DNA of 64,000 nt, taken from an uncultured delta proteobacterium. GTDB lineage: Bacteria > Myxococcota_A > Polyangia > Polyangiales > Polyangiaceae. The translations under genes and the position numbers were made by a program. Below are positions 61,844 to 64,000 of the stretch, one piece after another. Every line of letters starts with the position of its first letter. The stretch's first letter is position 1. The notes under the pieces were generated by a model. It saw only the letters and a program-made list of their open reading frames with translations, had not been told where the DNA came from and did not search any database. The stretch is from the NCBI GenBank assembly GCA_963850305.1, contig CAWKKR010000008.1:1824001-1888000 (forward strand), in the 5' to 3' direction.

Positions 61844-62244
61844 TCGAGCATCCGCTGTCGTCGCAAAAACGCAGCCAGCGTCTCCGCCAAACGCCGGTGC
61901 CCCGTCGCAGAGAGGTGCCAGTCACCTTGCAGATATGCGTCCGGGTCGGGTCGGCCGTCCGCGAGCGTGAGCGCGTTCGTCGGATCGAAATAGGGGACGC
62001 CGAGCTCGGCGGTGACGGCCGCGGCGACTCGCCTCATCGACTTGCCTGCGCGTTCGGCTCCCGACGCGGGTTGCGAGTCCGCGGGCATGTAAGCCATGAC
62101 CAGGCGCGAGCCGGTGGCGTCGAGCGTCGTCTTCATCACCTTCACTGCGGTCCGGATGTATCGAGTCGCGAAACCGAACCGAACGCCAAGAGCGCGACGC
62201 GCTCCGCCCACTTTTTCAATGGCCGTGGGCTGCCGCGCAGTCAT
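61840..62244 (-). pseudogene. C-terminal half of an SGNH protein (fragment or small subunit)
   Basis: LGVPYFD and DWHLSATGHRRLAE are present; no GDS block. ATGA-coupled to the downstream gene. Confidence 0.5.
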
Positions 62245-63790
62245 AAAGCGCGTGCAGGCTCCCCGCGGGCAAACCGGCCGCCTCGCTGACGTCGGTGCAA
62301 TGCGTCTGGATCCATCGTCGGTCCGTCCGCCGGAGCGTGTTGTCGCGTCGCGATCGCTTCACGTCCACGAAGCGCACGGCGCCGCGCTCGACTCGCTCTT
62401 CGACGGGCCAGCGTGAGTCGTAGGGCCTCTCCATACGGCCGGTATAATAGCTCAAACCAGGCGCGTATCGGCACTCGGCGGTGCCCTTCGTTCCCGCGGT
62501 ATGCGCCGCGATGAATGCGCCCATTTCGCGATAGTGGGTTTCGTAAAGGATCTCGTCGCCGTGCAAGACCAGATATACCGGGTGCGCCAGCAGCGCGACC
62601 GCGAGAGCGGTCCCGAGAACACCGCCGGCACGCCGGACCTCGAGAAGCGCGTTCAGTCCACCTCCGACGGCGATCGACCACGCGGGAAGGAGCACCAGCA
62701 AGTACTGCAGGTAGTGATCGCGGCCCATGGCCACGGGGAGATACGCGAGCACCCAGAGGAGCATGGGAGTCGCACGACGCAAAAGTAAGCGCTCCGTCCC
62801 GCGGCGCTTCGCCTTCGCGAGCGCGAACAGCATGCCTCCGAGCGCGAGACCGACCTCCACCGCGATCGCGGGCGTACCGACGTGAAAATGACCGAGCGAG
62901 AGATACGGAGCCGCCAGCTGTTGCATGCCGGATTCGTAGCGGGTGATTCCATATCGCAAGAAGAGCAGATCCCAGACGCGCGACCCGCGCCGCATCCACA
63001 AGAAGCCGGTGTATGGGGTTCGCCAGATCGAGAGCGCGATGGGCCACGCCGCGAATATCGCGAGCCCGGCTGCGAAGGCGAACCCCACGGCGAGCTTCGT
63101 TCGCCCTTCCCGCCGCCGGTGCGCTTCACAGAGGAAAAATGGAATCAGACCGAAGACGGGTAGGACGGGAGCCCACAGCTTCGTGAGGAGTGCGAGCCCG
63201 ATGATCGGCGCGGAGGCGAGAATCGCGATCGAGCTTCGGTGCCGGATGCCACGGACGATCAGATACGTCGCGAGGAGGCCATAAAAGAGCCCAACGACGT
63301 CCATCTGATAGACGCGCGAGAGCGCCACATGAAGCGGGCTCGAGGCAAACACGAGGGCGGCGAGGAGCGCGGCTCTCCGACTGCAATACGAGCGACACAG
63401 CGCCTCGAATATCGGGATGGACGCGACGCCGGCAATCACGGACACCAGGCGAAGCGCGAGCTCCGGACCGAGCGGCAAATGCAGCGCAAGCGCACCGAGC
63501 CAGAAGAACGCGGGCGGCTTGTTGATGAGGACCCGATCCAGGCTCCGTTCGAAGACGAACGGGTAAACCCAATTGAGAAGATGATGCGCCGCCCCCCGCG
63601 CGACGACCGCGTAGTAACCCTCGTCCCAGGCGCTGCCGAAGTCGTAGCGGCCAATGCCGGGAAGGAGTCGCACGGCGAGGGCGTAGCTCGTCAGAGCCAA
63701 AAGCAGCAGTCGGTGTGTTCGACGTGACACGAGTCCGGATCCGCATGCACCATAGCGTTTCCGCCGGACATCGATCGGCGAGTCTCGCAC
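62216..63790 (-). CDS. ArnT/PMT-like (GT83/GT39-type) glycosyltransferase
   Basis: WDEGYYAVVAR, NKPPAFFWL, ALRLVS, SRVYQMD, LLTK; many TMs. Start uncertain. Confidence 0.82.
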   Translation of the reverse strand: MRDSPIDVRRKRYGACGSGLVSRRTHRLLLLALTSYALAVRLLPGIGRYDFGSAWDEGYYAVVARGAAHHLLNWVYPFVFERSLDRVLINKPPAFFWLGALALHLPLGPELALRLVSVIAGVASIPIFEALCRSYCSRRAALLAALVFASSPLHVALSRVYQMDVVGLFYGLLATYLIVRGIRHRSSIAILASAPIIGLALLTKLWAPVLPVFGLIPFFLCEAHRRREGRTKLAVGFAFAAGLAIFAAWPIALSIWRTPYTGFLWMRRGSRVWDLLFLRYGITRYESGMQQLAAPYLSLGHFHVGTPAIAVEVGLALGGMLFALAKAKRRGTERLLLRRATPMLLWVLAYLPVAMGRDHYLQYLLVLLPAWSIAVGGGLNALLEVRRAGGVLGTALAVALLAHPVYLVLHGDEILYETHYREMGAFIAAHTAGTKGTAECRYAPGLSYYTGRMERPYDSRWPVEERVERGAVRFVDVKRSRRDNTLRRTDRRWIQTHCTDVSEAAGLPAGSLHALYDCAAAHGH

Positions 63791-63809
63791 GGAGTATGCT
63801 CGCCACCCG

Positions 63810-64000
63810 ATGGTGGATTGGCCGTCCCTCTTTCACCGACCTGTTATCGCGAAGGCCAGACGCGTCGCTAATTGGCCTCTCCTGCGTCCTGCCGCGGTTG
63901 CAGGCTATGGGCTGCTCGCCAGGGAGGTCGCTCAGCGGCTCGCGCGGGTCCGGGCTGCAGAAGCCGTGTATCTCGCCGGATCGCTGCTCGCGCCGCGCTC
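63810..64000 (+). CDS. Partial ORF, possibly a nucleotidyltransferase-domain protein
   Basis: MVDWPSLF...LAREVAQRLARVRAAEAVYLAGSL. The VYLxGS motif resembles the start of a pol-beta NTase fold; cut by the window edge. Confidence 0.35.
   Translation, partial: MVDWPSLFHRPVIAKARRVANWPLLRPAAVAGYGLLAREVAQRLARVRAAEAVYLAGSLLAPR

Overview
High-GC bacterial chromosome segment, most likely Myxococcota (Polyangiales-like). The taxonomy is inferred from a CdnL-type CarD protein, an AgmX/PglI-C (GltG-like) protein, PEGA and DUF4215/fibro-slime proteins, and many Pro-rich linkers. Positions 1-51 kb hold mostly housekeeping and envelope genes: psd, prfA, rpmE, ihfB, cdnL, pduO, def, dedA, kup, a DUF362 + polyferredoxin pair, a histidine kinase, M23/VanW/SH3 cell-wall proteins and a GldA/F/G + DUF4340 ABC module. 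Positions 51.7-64 kb are a glycan-building island with four GT-C-type glycosyltransferase candidates, a GT2, an acyltransferase, SGNH proteins and two sulfotransferases. Highlights: (1) a three-hairpin palindromic repeat forms a composite array between rpmE and prfA and also sits in frame inside a glycosyltransferase gene at 60.7 kb; (2) eight apparent frameshifts, five of them repaired by GATTC->GATC next to a TCGA, which may be the footprint of a DNA modification on long-read base-calling; (3) a perfect IHF consensus site inside the CDS upstream of ihfB; (4) a structured leader with a possible pseudoknot upstream of cdnL; (5) seven GT-C-like genes in 64 kb. No rRNA, tRNA, CRISPR array or transposase was recognised. 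All family calls come from motifs read by eye, not from database searches.
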